From NCBI GenBank assembly GCA_019635215.1, contig JAHBZZ010000010.1, positions 29,516-93,515 of the forward strand: DNA of 64,000 bases, written 5' to 3'. This document shows, piece after piece, positions 12,501-20,524 of this stretch. The DNA is from Nitrosomonas sp. GTDB taxonomy: Bacteria > Pseudomonadota > Gammaproteobacteria > Burkholderiales > Nitrosomonadaceae. How positions within the stretch are numbered: the first letter of the stretch is position 1; every line of letters starts with the position of its first letter. The position numbers and the translations under genes were made by a program. The notes under the pieces are model-generated. The model did no database searches. It worked only from the letters and a program-made list of their open reading frames with translations, and was not told the DNA's origin.

Positions 12501-15317
12501 ATGATTAACACAGTCGACGCCCAATCCCGCCAGGTGCTCGAAAAAGCTCTGTTGTTCAGTCGTTACATGCAACGTACACTAAACGGCAATCCGGCGGATA
12601 AAGTCATTCTGCTGCAACATCTGGAAAAAGCGTTTCAGTATGATGACATGGAATATTTTCTGCGGGATCGCAGCCCATCCATCAAACAGGAAACCGATCT
12701 CAACCACGTACTCCGGCAACTGCGAAAGCACGTCATGCTCAGGACAATCACCCGTGATATCGGCGGACTCGCCGATCTCGCCGAAGTCATGTCCACCATG
12801 ACCGATCTCGCTGAAATCAGCATCCAGTCTTCCCTGCAACATCATTACCACTGGCTCGCCGAACTCGGCCGTTTCGGCTTTCCGGTCGGCAAAGCCAGCA
12901 AGAAACAGCAACCGCTGCTGGTGGTCGCCATGGGTAAGCTGGGTGGACGCGAACTCAATGTTTCCTCAGATATCGACCTGATTTTTGTTTATCCGGAAGA
13001 TGGTGAAACCAACGGAAAAAAAACGATTTCCAATCATGAATTCTTCGCGCGCCTCGGACGAAAACTGATCGCAAGCTTAAACGACTACACCGTTGACGGT
13101 TATGTCTTCAGGGTCGATATGCGATTGCGGCCGCATGGCGAAAACAGCCCGCTGGCCATCAGCTTTGACATGCTCGATGACTATTTCAAAACCCAAGGGC
13201 GCGAATGGGAACGCCACGCTTGGATCAAAGGACGTGTGGTCGCCGGATCGGCTGAAACTGAAGACGAATCCCGCTTAATGGAACAAATCGTCAGGCCGTT
13301 CGTGTTCCGCAAATACCTTGATTTCGATGCTTATGAAGCGATGCGCCGTTTGCATATGCAACTGAGAAAAGAAGTCGAGCGGCGTGAAATGCATGACAAC
13401 ATCAAACTGGGCCCGGGCGGTATCCGTGAAATTGAATTCGTCACGCAGGTGTTCCAGCTGATACGCGGCGGACGCGATGTTGACCTGTGCATCCGGCCAA
13501 CACTGGAAGTATTGCAATGCTTGCAGAAAAAACAGCAGTTGCCGCACCAGACCGTCACAGAACTGGTGGAGGCCTACTATTTCCTACGCACACTGGAGCA
13601 CCGCCTGCAATACCTCGATGACCAGCAAACCCAGACACTGCCCGGAAACCCGGATGACCAGGGCCGCATCGCCATAGCCATGGGCTTCCAGGATTACGAC
13701 CGTTTTATGCATCATCTGGATGTACACCGCATGAATGTCACACATCACTTTGAATTCATTCTTGCAGCCCCGAAAAAATCACCCGCACATGATGTACTGT
13801 CGCCACTCTGGCAAACCCAGACGCATGATGCGGCCCAGACAGAAGCGGCGACATCGCAGCTCAGCACCCTGGGTTTTGCGGAACCCGTCAAAATCTCCGG
13901 CCGGCTGCAACAATTCTACCAAAGTCACTTTTATCACCAACTGCCGGAATCCAGTCAGCAAAAAATCGATATGCTCATGCCCGTACTGGTTGAAGTGATT
14001 GCCCGGTTCCCACCGGTTGAAATCACACTCGAGCGCATGCTGAAATTACTGGAAATCGTCAGTGCACAGCAATCTTCACCGGCATCGTATCTGACGCTGC
14101 TGCTGGAACACCCCGACACATTGCCGCGCGTCGCGAAACTGATCAGCATCAGCCAGTGGGCCAGCGATTATCTGGGCAGGCACCCCATTCTGCTGGACGA
14201 ACTGCTGCGGCACAAAGAACCCAATCCCCTGCCGGACTGGAACGCACTCAAGCATGAACTGCTCGATCAGCTCAACCACGTCAATAAACCGAAAAGTGAC
14301 GTTATCGGATGGCAAATGGACCATTTACGCCATTTCCAGCACGCGCAGGTCTTTCAACTGCTGGTCAGCGACCTTGAAGGCGTCATGCAACTGGAAACGC
14401 TGAGCGACCACCTGACCGCACTGGCGGATCTGATTCTGGAAACCGTTCTCGACCTGGCCTGGAGCGGATTACGCAAACAGCACCGCAACAAGCCGCAACT
14501 GGCCATCATCGGCTATGGCAAACTGGGCGGCAAGGAACTGGGCTACGCTTCCGATCTGGATATTATCTTTCTCCATGATGATCATCACCCGGACGCACCG
14601 GAAAATTACGCCCGGCTCGCGCAAAGTATCAATGTGTGGCTGAACAGCCATACCTCGGCGGGCCTGCTCTATGCCACCGATCTGCGGCTGCGTCCGAATG
14701 GCAACAGCGGATTACTGGTGCATTCCATCGAAGCCTTTGCGCAATACCAGCGCAGTCAGGCCTGGGTCTGGGAACACCAGGCATTGACCCGTGCGCGATT
14801 TGTCGCCGGCGATCCTGTCGCAGGCCAGGCATTTGAATCCACCCGCAAGGAAATTCTTTGCCAGGCGCGCGATTTAAAAAAACTCAAGCAGGAGATCCTC
14901 GCCATGCGTGAAAAAATGCGCGATGCACATCCCCACCCGAATTCAAGTCCGGCCACCTTGTTCGATATCAAACACGACCGTGGCGGCATTATCGATGTCG
15001 AATTCATCGTACAATACCTCGTTCTGGGATTCGCACACCGGCATCCTGAATTGACCGACAATATCGGCAACATCGCACTGCTGAAACTGGCGGCCGAGTT
15101 AGGACTGATTACGTCACAAAGTGCCGAAAATTGTCGCATCGCCTACCGTGAATACCGGCGTACCCAGCACCGCCAGCGCCTCAACAGCGACAGCGGATTA
15201 TCGGGAGAAAACATTGCCGATCATGCAACACTGGCATTTACCGAAGCGGAAAAACAGCACCTGAAAGACGGCCGCACGGCAGTCATCCGGCTATGGGAAG
15301 AAGTGTTCAGCGATTAA
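12501..15317 (+). CDS. glnE: Glutamine synthetase adenylyltransferase/adenylyl-removing enzyme
   Basis: Two nucleotidyltransferase domains (MGKLGGRELNVSSDIDL and YGKLGGKELGYASDLD); WERHAW/WEHQAL; KLGPGGIREIEF. Confidence 0.97.
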   Translation: MINTVDAQSRQVLEKALLFSRYMQRTLNGNPADKVILLQHLEKAFQYDDMEYFLRDRSPSIKQETDLNHVLRQLRKHVMLRTITRDIGGLADLAEVMSTMTDLAEISIQSSLQHHYHWLAELGRFGFPVGKASKKQQPLLVVAMGKLGGRELNVSSDIDLIFVYPEDGETNGKKTISNHEFFARLGRKLIASLNDYTVDGYVFRVDMRLRPHGENSPLAISFDMLDDYFKTQGREWERHAWIKGRVVAGSAETEDESRLMEQIVRPFVFRKYLDFDAYEAMRRLHMQLRKEVERREMHDNIKLGPGGIREIEFVTQVFQLIRGGRDVDLCIRPTLEVLQCLQKKQQLPHQTVTELVEAYYFLRTLEHRLQYLDDQQTQTLPGNPDDQGRIAIAMGFQDYDRFMHHLDVHRMNVTHHFEFILAAPKKSPAHDVLSPLWQTQTHDAAQTEAATSQLSTLGFAEPVKISGRLQQFYQSHFYHQLPESSQQKIDMLMPVLVEVIARFPPVEITLERMLKLLEIVSAQQSSPASYLTLLLEHPDTLPRVAKLISISQWASDYLGRHPILLDELLRHKEPNPLPDWNALKHELLDQLNHVNKPKSDVIGWQMDHLRHFQHAQVFQLLVSDLEGVMQLETLSDHLTALADLILETVLDLAWSGLRKQHRNKPQLAIIGYGKLGGKELGYASDLDIIFLHDDHHPDAPENYARLAQSINVWLNSHTSAGLLYATDLRLRPNGNSGLLVHSIEAFAQYQRSQAWVWEHQALTRARFVAGDPVAGQAFESTRKEILCQARDLKKLKQEILAMREKMRDAHPHPNSSPATLFDIKHDRGGIIDVEFIVQYLVLGFAHRHPELTDNIGNIALLKLAAELGLITSQSAENCRIAYREYRRTQHRQRLNSDSGLSGENIADHATLAFTEAEKQHLKDGRTAVIRLWEEVFSD

Positions 15318-15362
15318 CGAAAGTAGCGAAAAAACAGTGCATAAACGATTATTCTAGAATTT

Positions 15363-15378
15363 TGGCATGATTCATGCT
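15363..15378 (+). promoter_or_regulatory. Sigma-54 -24/-12 promoter of the pilin gene
   Basis: TGGCATGATTCATGCT has GG and GC at the exact sigma-54 spacing, 55 nt upstream of the pilin ATG; type IV pilin genes are commonly RpoN-dependent. Confidence 0.7.
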
Positions 15379-15433
15379 TAAAGAATAAATACACACACTC
15401 AGTGTGTAATGATTAACTTTTAGGAGACTAAAC

Positions 15434-15892
15434 ATGCAAAAAACACAAAAGGGTTTTACATTAATCGAGTTGATGATCGTCGTGGCGATTATTGGTATTC
15501 TGGCTGCGATCGCAGTGCCTGCTTATCAAAACTATACTCTGAGAGCACGCTTTACTGAAGTCGTAAATGCAACTGCTCCTTATAAAACCGCTGTCGAAAT
15601 ATGCTTCCAGACAGGTCCCTGTAATAATGCCGGCACTGCCGTTCAAGTTCTCGCTACAGGTGCAACACGAGCACCGACAGGTGTACCCAACGATCTTGCC
15701 GGACCAGTGGGCGGGGTTCAATCTGTTGCTGTTGGCCTTACCGGAATTATAACGGCCACTCCAGTTGCTGCTAACGGTATTCAAGCCGCCGACACCTACA
15801 TCATTACACCGACAATAACAGGAAACTCACTGACTTGGGCAGTTTCTGGCGGATGCCAAGCAGCTGCAAGCACTGGTAGTCCTATTTGCTAG
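15434..15892 (+). CDS. pilA: Type IVa major pilin
   Basis: Short leader [26 protein letters not shown]; C-terminal Cys pair; AGGAGA ribosome-binding site. Confidence 0.93.
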   Translation: MQKTQKGFTLIELMIVVAIIGILAAIAVPAYQNYTLRARFTEVVNATAPYKTAVEICFQTGPCNNAGTAVQVLATGATRAPTGVPNDLAGPVGGVQSVAVGLTGIITATPVAANGIQAADTYIITPTITGNSLTWAVSGGCQAAASTGSPIC

Positions 15893-15898
15893 CCCGCG

Positions 15899-15997
15899 AT
15901 CGGGTCGGGATGATGGGGTTTTGCCCATCACCTCTCCCACACCACCGGACATGCGGTTTCGGCTTCGCCGATACGCCGCATTCCGCATCCGGCGGTT
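15899..15997 (-). mobile_element. Group IIC intron 3' remnant (domains V and VI); no RT ORF
   Basis: Minus strand reads AACCGCCGGATGCGG..CCGCATGTCCGGTGGT (CGC triad), then GTGGGAGAGGTGATGGG CAAAA CCCCATCATCCCGACCCGAT (DVI with bulged A and AT end). Confidence 0.85.
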
Positions 15998-16027
15998 GAA
16001 CCGGGTGACTTACCGCGTACCACGCAT

Positions 16028-16058
16028 GCCCGATTACCTTCACGTAATCGGGCTTTTT
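16028..16058 (+). terminator. Perfect 10-bp hairpin plus T-tract (likely pilA terminator; second copy at 17368-17398 after parE)
   Basis: GCCCGATTAC-CTTCAC-GTAATCGGGC followed by TTTTT. Confidence 0.7.
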
Positions 16059-16136
16059 CTTTCCCGGCTCCACCCATTCCCCACATCCCGCATTCGGGGT
16101 CATTGCCACATTCCCCGCGTAACATTCAGCGCACTT

Positions 16137-16220
16137 TGTCATTCCGAGCAATGCGAGGAATCTTGGGTTTTGGGCGCATGAATAAACGCTCAAGATTTCT
16201 CGCTGCCGCTCGAAATGACA
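16137..16220. repeat. 84 bp imperfect palindrome TGTCATTCCGAGC...GCTCGAAATGACA (second copy at 17575-17658)
   Basis: ~29-bp arms pair with few mismatches; resembles the widespread GTCATTCC...GAATGAC intergenic palindromes. Confidence 0.8.
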
Positions 16221-16246
16221 GCATAATCAAACGCCCTGTCAAATAA

Positions 16247-16405
16247 GGAGCCGTGAAAGAATAAGTGTGACAATTGAGCGCGTCTGGCTGGATGCAATGC
16301 AAGACGAGAGGAGGAGTCATAGCACAAGCTATGGCGACGACGAACAACGCCGCAGTGTGCCTGCCAGATGTGATTCAAGTGTTACAGTTATTTATGAACG
16401 GCTCC
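16247..16405. mobile_element. 159 bp MITE (second copy at 17685-17843)
   Basis: Terminal inverted repeats GGAGCCGT../..ACGGCTCC extend imperfectly to ~25 bp; TAA on both flanks (candidate target-site duplication); no coding capacity. Confidence 0.75.
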
Positions 16406-16543
16406 TAAGGCTGAATAGTTACTTCCCCGCAACCTCACGCATAACAAACGCCACTCCCTTCATTCAAATCCGGACACCTCAATATTGGCAACACTGAGCG
16501 GAAGCATAAGTCCGGATAGATTGCCGCACCAATTATCCCGCTT

Positions 16544-16683
16544 AGAGACCTTTGCACGGTGTCATGAGCGGTGCGAGAATAAGGCAAAAATTTGTGAAAA
16601 AGCGGAGTTTCAGGGTAAATGAGCATTTTTCACAAATTTTTAATGCCATTATCGTGCCGCGTAGTAACCGTGCGAAGGTCTCT
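16544..16683. mobile_element. 140 bp MITE with IS5-family-like ends
   Basis: AGAGACCTTTGCACGGT / ACCGTGCGAAGGTCTCT inverted ends; inner AAAAATTTGTGAAAAA/TTTTTCACAAATTTTT hairpin; CTT on both flanks. Confidence 0.8.
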
Positions 16684-16763
16684 CTTAGATTATTTCCTTG
16701 GCATGCATACCAATCTTTGGTAAATTATAAGGAAGGAAGACAATATTTTGGAAAGGTTAGAAA

Positions 16764-17003
16764 ATGGCCAAAAATACCAGTGTTTCGCTTGGCGATCATT
16801 TTGAGACTTTCGTTGATGAACGGGTCAAGGCGGGGCGCTATGCTTCAGCAAGTGATGCCGTGCGCGCAGGACTCAGACTTCTGGAACAGGAGGAAACCAG
16901 ACTGGAGGCATTACGCGCTGCCCTTATCAAAGGTGAGGAAAGCGGTATTGCCGAGGACTACGACATTGAGACCATACAGCGTGAGCTTGATAGTGAAGAA
17001 TAA
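16764..17003 (+). CDS. parD: ParD-family (RHH) antitoxin
   Basis: NTSVSLG...[18 protein letters not shown]...[12 protein letters not shown]; TAATG overlap with parE; upstream operator-like TACCAA-TCT-TTGGTA at 16708-16722. Confidence 0.92.
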   Translation: MAKNTSVSLGDHFETFVDERVKAGRYASASDAVRAGLRLLEQEETRLEALRAALIKGEESGIAEDYDIETIQRELDSEE

Positions 17004-17308
17004 TGCGCTTTAAGGTTTCAAAAGAAGCGCGGGACGATATACGCAAAATTGGCCGTTACACGCAACGCAAATGGGGCAAGGATCAACGCCAGAATTATTT
17101 AAACGATCTGGATAAAAAATTCGGTTTACTTGCAGAAAACCCTCTTCTGGGTCGTCGCTGCGACAGTATCAGAGAAGGATATTTCCGGTTTGAATATGTC
17201 AGCCACGTTATTTTTTACAGGCAGGAAAAAGACTTTATCGTTATTTCCCGTGTCATACACCAAAGCCGCGATGTAAAGGCGTTACTCGGTGAAACAGGCA
17301 AGACGTGA
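17003..17308 (+). CDS. parE: ParE-family toxin
   Basis: SKEARDDIRKIGRYTQRKWG...LAENPLLGR...GYFRF...HVIFY...RVIHQSRD; translationally coupled to parD. Confidence 0.92.
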   Translation: MRFKVSKEARDDIRKIGRYTQRKWGKDQRQNYLNDLDKKFGLLAENPLLGRRCDSIREGYFRFEYVSHVIFYRQEKDFIVISRVIHQSRDVKALLGETGKT

Positions 17309-17351
17309 ACAACGCCTTGAACAACTCGAAACTCAGCGCCGGGAACTAGGC

Positions 17352-17981
17352 ACCGCGTACCACGCATGCCCGATTACCTTCGCGTAATCGGGCTTTTTCT
17401 TTCCCGGCTCCACCCATTCCCCACATCCCGCACGCTAACTTCCGGGCTTTCATGTCACACCATAACGCCGGATTACGCTTCGCCAACCCGGCCTGCCGTT
17501 TTTTTCTTTATCGATACGCCACATCCCGCATTCGGAGGCATTGCCACATTCCCCGCGTAACATTCAGCGCACTTTGTCATTCCGAGCAATGCGAGGAATC
17601 TTGGGTTTTGGGCGCATGAATAAACGCTCAAGATTTCTCGCTGCCGCTCGAAATGACAGCATAATCAAACGCCCTGTCAAATAAGGAGCCGTGAAAGAAT
17701 AAGTGTGACAATTGAGCGCGTCTGGCTGGATGCAATGCAAGACGAGAGGAGGAGTCATAGCACAAGCTATGGCGACGACGAACAACGCCGCAGTGTGCCT
17801 GCCAGATGTGATTCAAGTGTTACAGTTATTTATGAACGGCTCCTAAGGCTGAATAGTTACTTCCCCGCAACCTCACGCATAACAAACGCCACTCCCTTCA
17901 TTCAAATCCGGACACCTCAATATTGGCAACACTGAGCGGAAGCATAAGTCCGGATAGATTGCCGCACCAATTATCCCGCTT
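17352..17981 (+). repeat. Direct repeat copy 2 (630 bp; carries a 98 bp insertion at 17433-17530)
   Basis: Matches 16012-16543; the insertion is bounded by a duplicated CCACATCCCGCA and contains a REP-like hairpin. Confidence 0.97.
17463..17496 (-). repeat. REP-like hairpin (GCAG-GCCGGGTT-GGCGAAGCGT-AATCCGGC)
   Basis: Same architecture as the REPs at 18711 and 19153. Confidence 0.7.
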
Positions 17982-18015
17982 GGTGTTTAACGTATGTCGT
18001 TATACAATTAACAGT

Positions 18016-18297
18016 ATGATCAAGACTTTCGCCACGAAGGAAACGGCTGCGGTGTTTGCCAGTGAAAAGGTTAGGAGACTTCCGCCAGAGATCCTTCAGG
18101 TTGCGCGTCGGAAATTGGCACAGCTGCATCGTGTTTCTTCTATTGAAGAACTGCGCATTCCACCCGGGAACAGACTTGAAAAATTGTCTTCTAACCGGGA
18201 TGGACAGTGGAGTATCCGCGTCAATGACCAATGGCGAATTTGTTTCCGATTCGAGGCAGGCGACGCATTTGACGTCGAGATTATTGATTACCATTGA
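18016..18297 (+). CDS. higB: HigB-family toxin (RelE/ParE superfamily)
   Basis: MIKTF..., LRIPPGNRLEKL and GQWSIRVNDQWRICF; lies upstream of its antitoxin; operator-like TAACG-N5-CGTTA at 17988-18002. ORF track start 17923 is probably too early. Confidence 0.93.
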   Translation: MIKTFATKETAAVFASEKVRRLPPEILQVARRKLAQLHRVSSIEELRIPPGNRLEKLSSNRDGQWSIRVNDQWRICFRFEAGDAFDVEIIDYH

Positions 18298-18309
18298 GAG
18301 GCAACTGTT

Positions 18310-18681
18310 ATGACTATTCGTATCGAAGAACTGGAGCACATGGATTTCAGCGATGTCGCTGAAGGTGGAAAGCTGCATCCTATTCACCCCGGTGAGATTC
18401 TGCGAGAGGAATTTCTCGTTCCGTTGAAGATTACTCCCCATGCACTTTCTCTGGCGCTGCAGATTCCTGCTACACGTATTAACGATATCGTGCTGGAACG
18501 CCGTGCAATTACTACCGATACTGCTCTGAGACTGGCCCGATATTTTGGCAATACCGCTGAATTCTGGATGGGGCTTCAAGTGGACTACGATATGGCTATC
18601 GCCCGAAATTCCTTGCAGGATACATTGGATAGGATTCAACGATTTGTGCCCGCTAATGTGAGCCCGCGTAGGTCCGATTAG
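18310..18681 (+). CDS. higA: HigA-family XRE-HTH antitoxin
   Basis: PIHPGEILREEFL, RINDIV, AITTDTALRLARYFGNTAEFWMGLQ and YD motifs. Confidence 0.93.
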   Translation: MTIRIEELEHMDFSDVAEGGKLHPIHPGEILREEFLVPLKITPHALSLALQIPATRINDIVLERRAITTDTALRLARYFGNTAEFWMGLQVDYDMAIARNSLQDTLDRIQRFVPANVSPRRSD

Positions 18682-18745
18682 CTTTGCGTAACCGGGCTTC
18701 GTATTAGCTTTAATGTCGGGTTATACTTCGCTCAACCCGACCTAC
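18668..18745. repeat. Pair of oppositely oriented GTAG-type REP hairpins (18668-18697 on +, 18711-18745 on -)
   Basis: GTAG-GTCCGATTA..TAACCGGGC and, on the minus strand, GTAG-GTCGGGTT-GAGCGAAGTAT-AACCCGAC. Confidence 0.75.
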
Positions 18746-18761
18746 CCCCACCCACCCCGAT

Positions 18762-18800
18762 AATGGCGAAGAACCGTTCAGAATCCAGCCGCTTCAATAG
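18762..18800 (+). pseudogene. C-terminal remnant of a DUF4160-like protein (NGEEPFRIQPLQ*)
   Basis: 12 codons ending 11 nt before the DUF2442 ATG, with the stop overlapping the RBS; resembles the end of DUF4160, the usual upstream partner of DUF2442; no start codon remains. Confidence 0.6.
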
Positions 18801-18811
18801 GAGATTGAATC

Positions 18812-19102
18812 ATGTATCCATCAGTAAAGCATGTTGTACCCGCTGAAGATTACACGCTCTCTATCGACTTCGATAACGGCGAACGCGGTACTTTGGATAT
18901 GAAGCCATTTCTGGATTTTGGTGTTTTTCAGCGGCTAAAGGATCGCGCGGCCTTCAATCGGGTGCGGGTAGTCTTTGATACCGTCGAATGGGATACAGGA
19001 ATAGATTTAGACCCCGAATTTGTTTACCGTAAATGCCGGTTATTGAATACACAACAAAGCGATGCGCCGACACACATATCCGAATCTGCAAAGCCCGCGT
19101 AA
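18812..19102 (+). CDS. DUF2442-family protein (putative TA component)
   Basis: V..VVPAEDYTLSIDFDNGE...D...F..LKD...F..VRV...TVEW..GIDLDPE.VY pattern; AGGAG RBS. Confidence 0.85.
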   Translation: MYPSVKHVVPAEDYTLSIDFDNGERGTLDMKPFLDFGVFQRLKDRAAFNRVRVVFDTVEWDTGIDLDPEFVYRKCRLLNTQQSDAPTHISESAKPA

Positions 19103-19152
19103 ATGCGGGCATTCGAGTTCGATTTTATCGCGGCAATGCACACCTCATCACG

Positions 19153-19187
19153 TAATGTCGGGTTACGCTTCGCTCAACCCGACCCAC
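19153..19187 (-). repeat. REP hairpin; direct repeat of 18711-18745
   Basis: TAATGTCGGGTTACGCTTCGCTCAACCCGACCCAC versus TAATGTCGGGTTATACTTCGCTCAACCCGACCTAC (3 mismatches). Confidence 0.8.
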
Positions 19188-19408
19188 CCCAACTATTCCA
19201 ACTTAAGCTTTACAATTTCCCATTCCTTTTCCTCTAGCTGGAAAAAGGAGCGGTCATCACCGATCGGCCATTTGCCGCCGGTTACAAAATTGTCAATATA
19301 CGGCATGGTCATTCGCTGGTAATATAGCGCTTTTGAAACGGCTGGATCCGTGTGCTTTTTGGCTCGATTGTTCCTCCGGATAATAATAAAACACTGATAT
19401 ATACGTTA

Positions 19409-20470
19409 ATGACAACGCTCAAGAATGACACTTTTTTGCGGGCTTTATTGAAACAACCTGTTGAATATACCCCCGTGTGGATGATGCGCCAGGCGGGACG
19501 TTATCTGGCTGAATACAATGCAACCCGCGCACGCGCCGGTGATTTTCTGACCTTGTGCAAAACCCCGGCGCTGGCGACAGAAGTGACGCTGCAGCCCTTG
19601 GAACGTTTTCCCTTGGATGCCGCGATTTTATTTTCCGATATCCTGACGATTCCCGATGCAATGGGTCTCGGGTTGCGTTTCGCACAAGGCGAAGGCCCGA
19701 TGTTCGAAAGGCCCCTGAAAGACGAAAAAGCGATTCATGCGCTCAGAGTACCCGATCCGGCCACCGATTTGCGCTATGTGATGGATGCCGTGGCGGAAAT
19801 CCGCAAAGCACTGGATAACCGCGTGCCGTTGATCGGCTTTTCAGGCAGCCCTTTCACGCTGGCCTGTTATATGGTGGAAGGACGCGGCGGCACCGATTTC
19901 CGTGATATCAAGACAATGCTGTACAACCGGCCCGATTTATTACACCGGATACTGGATAAAAACGCACAGGCTGTGACGGCATACCTGAACGCGCAGATCG
20001 AATCGGGCGCACAGGCCGTCATGATTTTTGACACCTGGGGTGGTGCGTTGTCGCATTCCGCCTATCAGGAGTTTTCCCTGAACTATATGCGGCAAATTAT
20101 TGCCGGCATTACGCGGGAAAAGAACAATACGCGTATTCCCAGTATCGTATTCACCAAGGGGGGCGGTTTATGGCTGGAAGCGATCGCGGCTATCGGCTGC
20201 GATGCGGTAGGCCTGGATTGGACGATCGACATCGGCGATGCGCGCCGCCGCGTGGGTGATAAAGTGGCCCTGCAGGGCAATCTCGATCCTTCGATACTCT
20301 TTGCCTCACCCGAGGTGATCACGAAGGAAGCGGAAAAAATACTGACAAGCTACGGTCATGGTTCCGGTCATGTATTTAACCTGGGTCATGGCATATCCCA
20401 GTTTACCCCACCGGAAAATGCCGCCGCACTGATTGAAGCGGTTCACACACTGAGCCGCAAATTTCATTAA
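19409..20470 (+). CDS. hemE: Uroporphyrinogen decarboxylase
   Basis: [32 protein letters not shown] and FNLGHG motifs; likely start ATG at 19409 (track: 19352). Confidence 0.97.
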   Translation: MTTLKNDTFLRALLKQPVEYTPVWMMRQAGRYLAEYNATRARAGDFLTLCKTPALATEVTLQPLERFPLDAAILFSDILTIPDAMGLGLRFAQGEGPMFERPLKDEKAIHALRVPDPATDLRYVMDAVAEIRKALDNRVPLIGFSGSPFTLACYMVEGRGGTDFRDIKTMLYNRPDLLHRILDKNAQAVTAYLNAQIESGAQAVMIFDTWGGALSHSAYQEFSLNYMRQIIAGITREKNNTRIPSIVFTKGGGLWLEAIAAIGCDAVGLDWTIDIGDARRRVGDKVALQGNLDPSILFASPEVITKEAEKILTSYGHGSGHVFNLGHGISQFTPPENAAALIEAVHTLSRKFH

Positions 20471-20524
20471 GGTTTCAGGCTATCAGTCATATAGCCTGTA
20501 AAGAAGTTGTAAAAAGGTAACATT

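Larger units (their letters stand above)
16012..16543 (+). repeat. ~530 bp direct repeat, copy 1
   Basis: Near-identical to 17352-17981; identical spurious ORFs appear at a 1438 nt offset in the ORF track. Confidence 0.97.

Noticed and set aside
15882-17935. Short ORFs in the repeat region (15882-16193, 16126-16347, 16267-16497, 16552-17013, 17564-17785, etc.)
   Set aside because: They are translations of intron, palindrome and MITE DNA, or alternative frames of parD; they have no RBS or family features.
18651-19141. Integron attC-like sequences after higA (GCTAAT..ATTAGC) and at the end of DUF2442 (ACACAACAAAGCGATGC..)
   Set aside because: The first lacks the AAC/GTT core and the second has no complementary right arm. 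No intI is in the window, and the intron 3' exon is not an attC. An IntegronFinder run would settle it.
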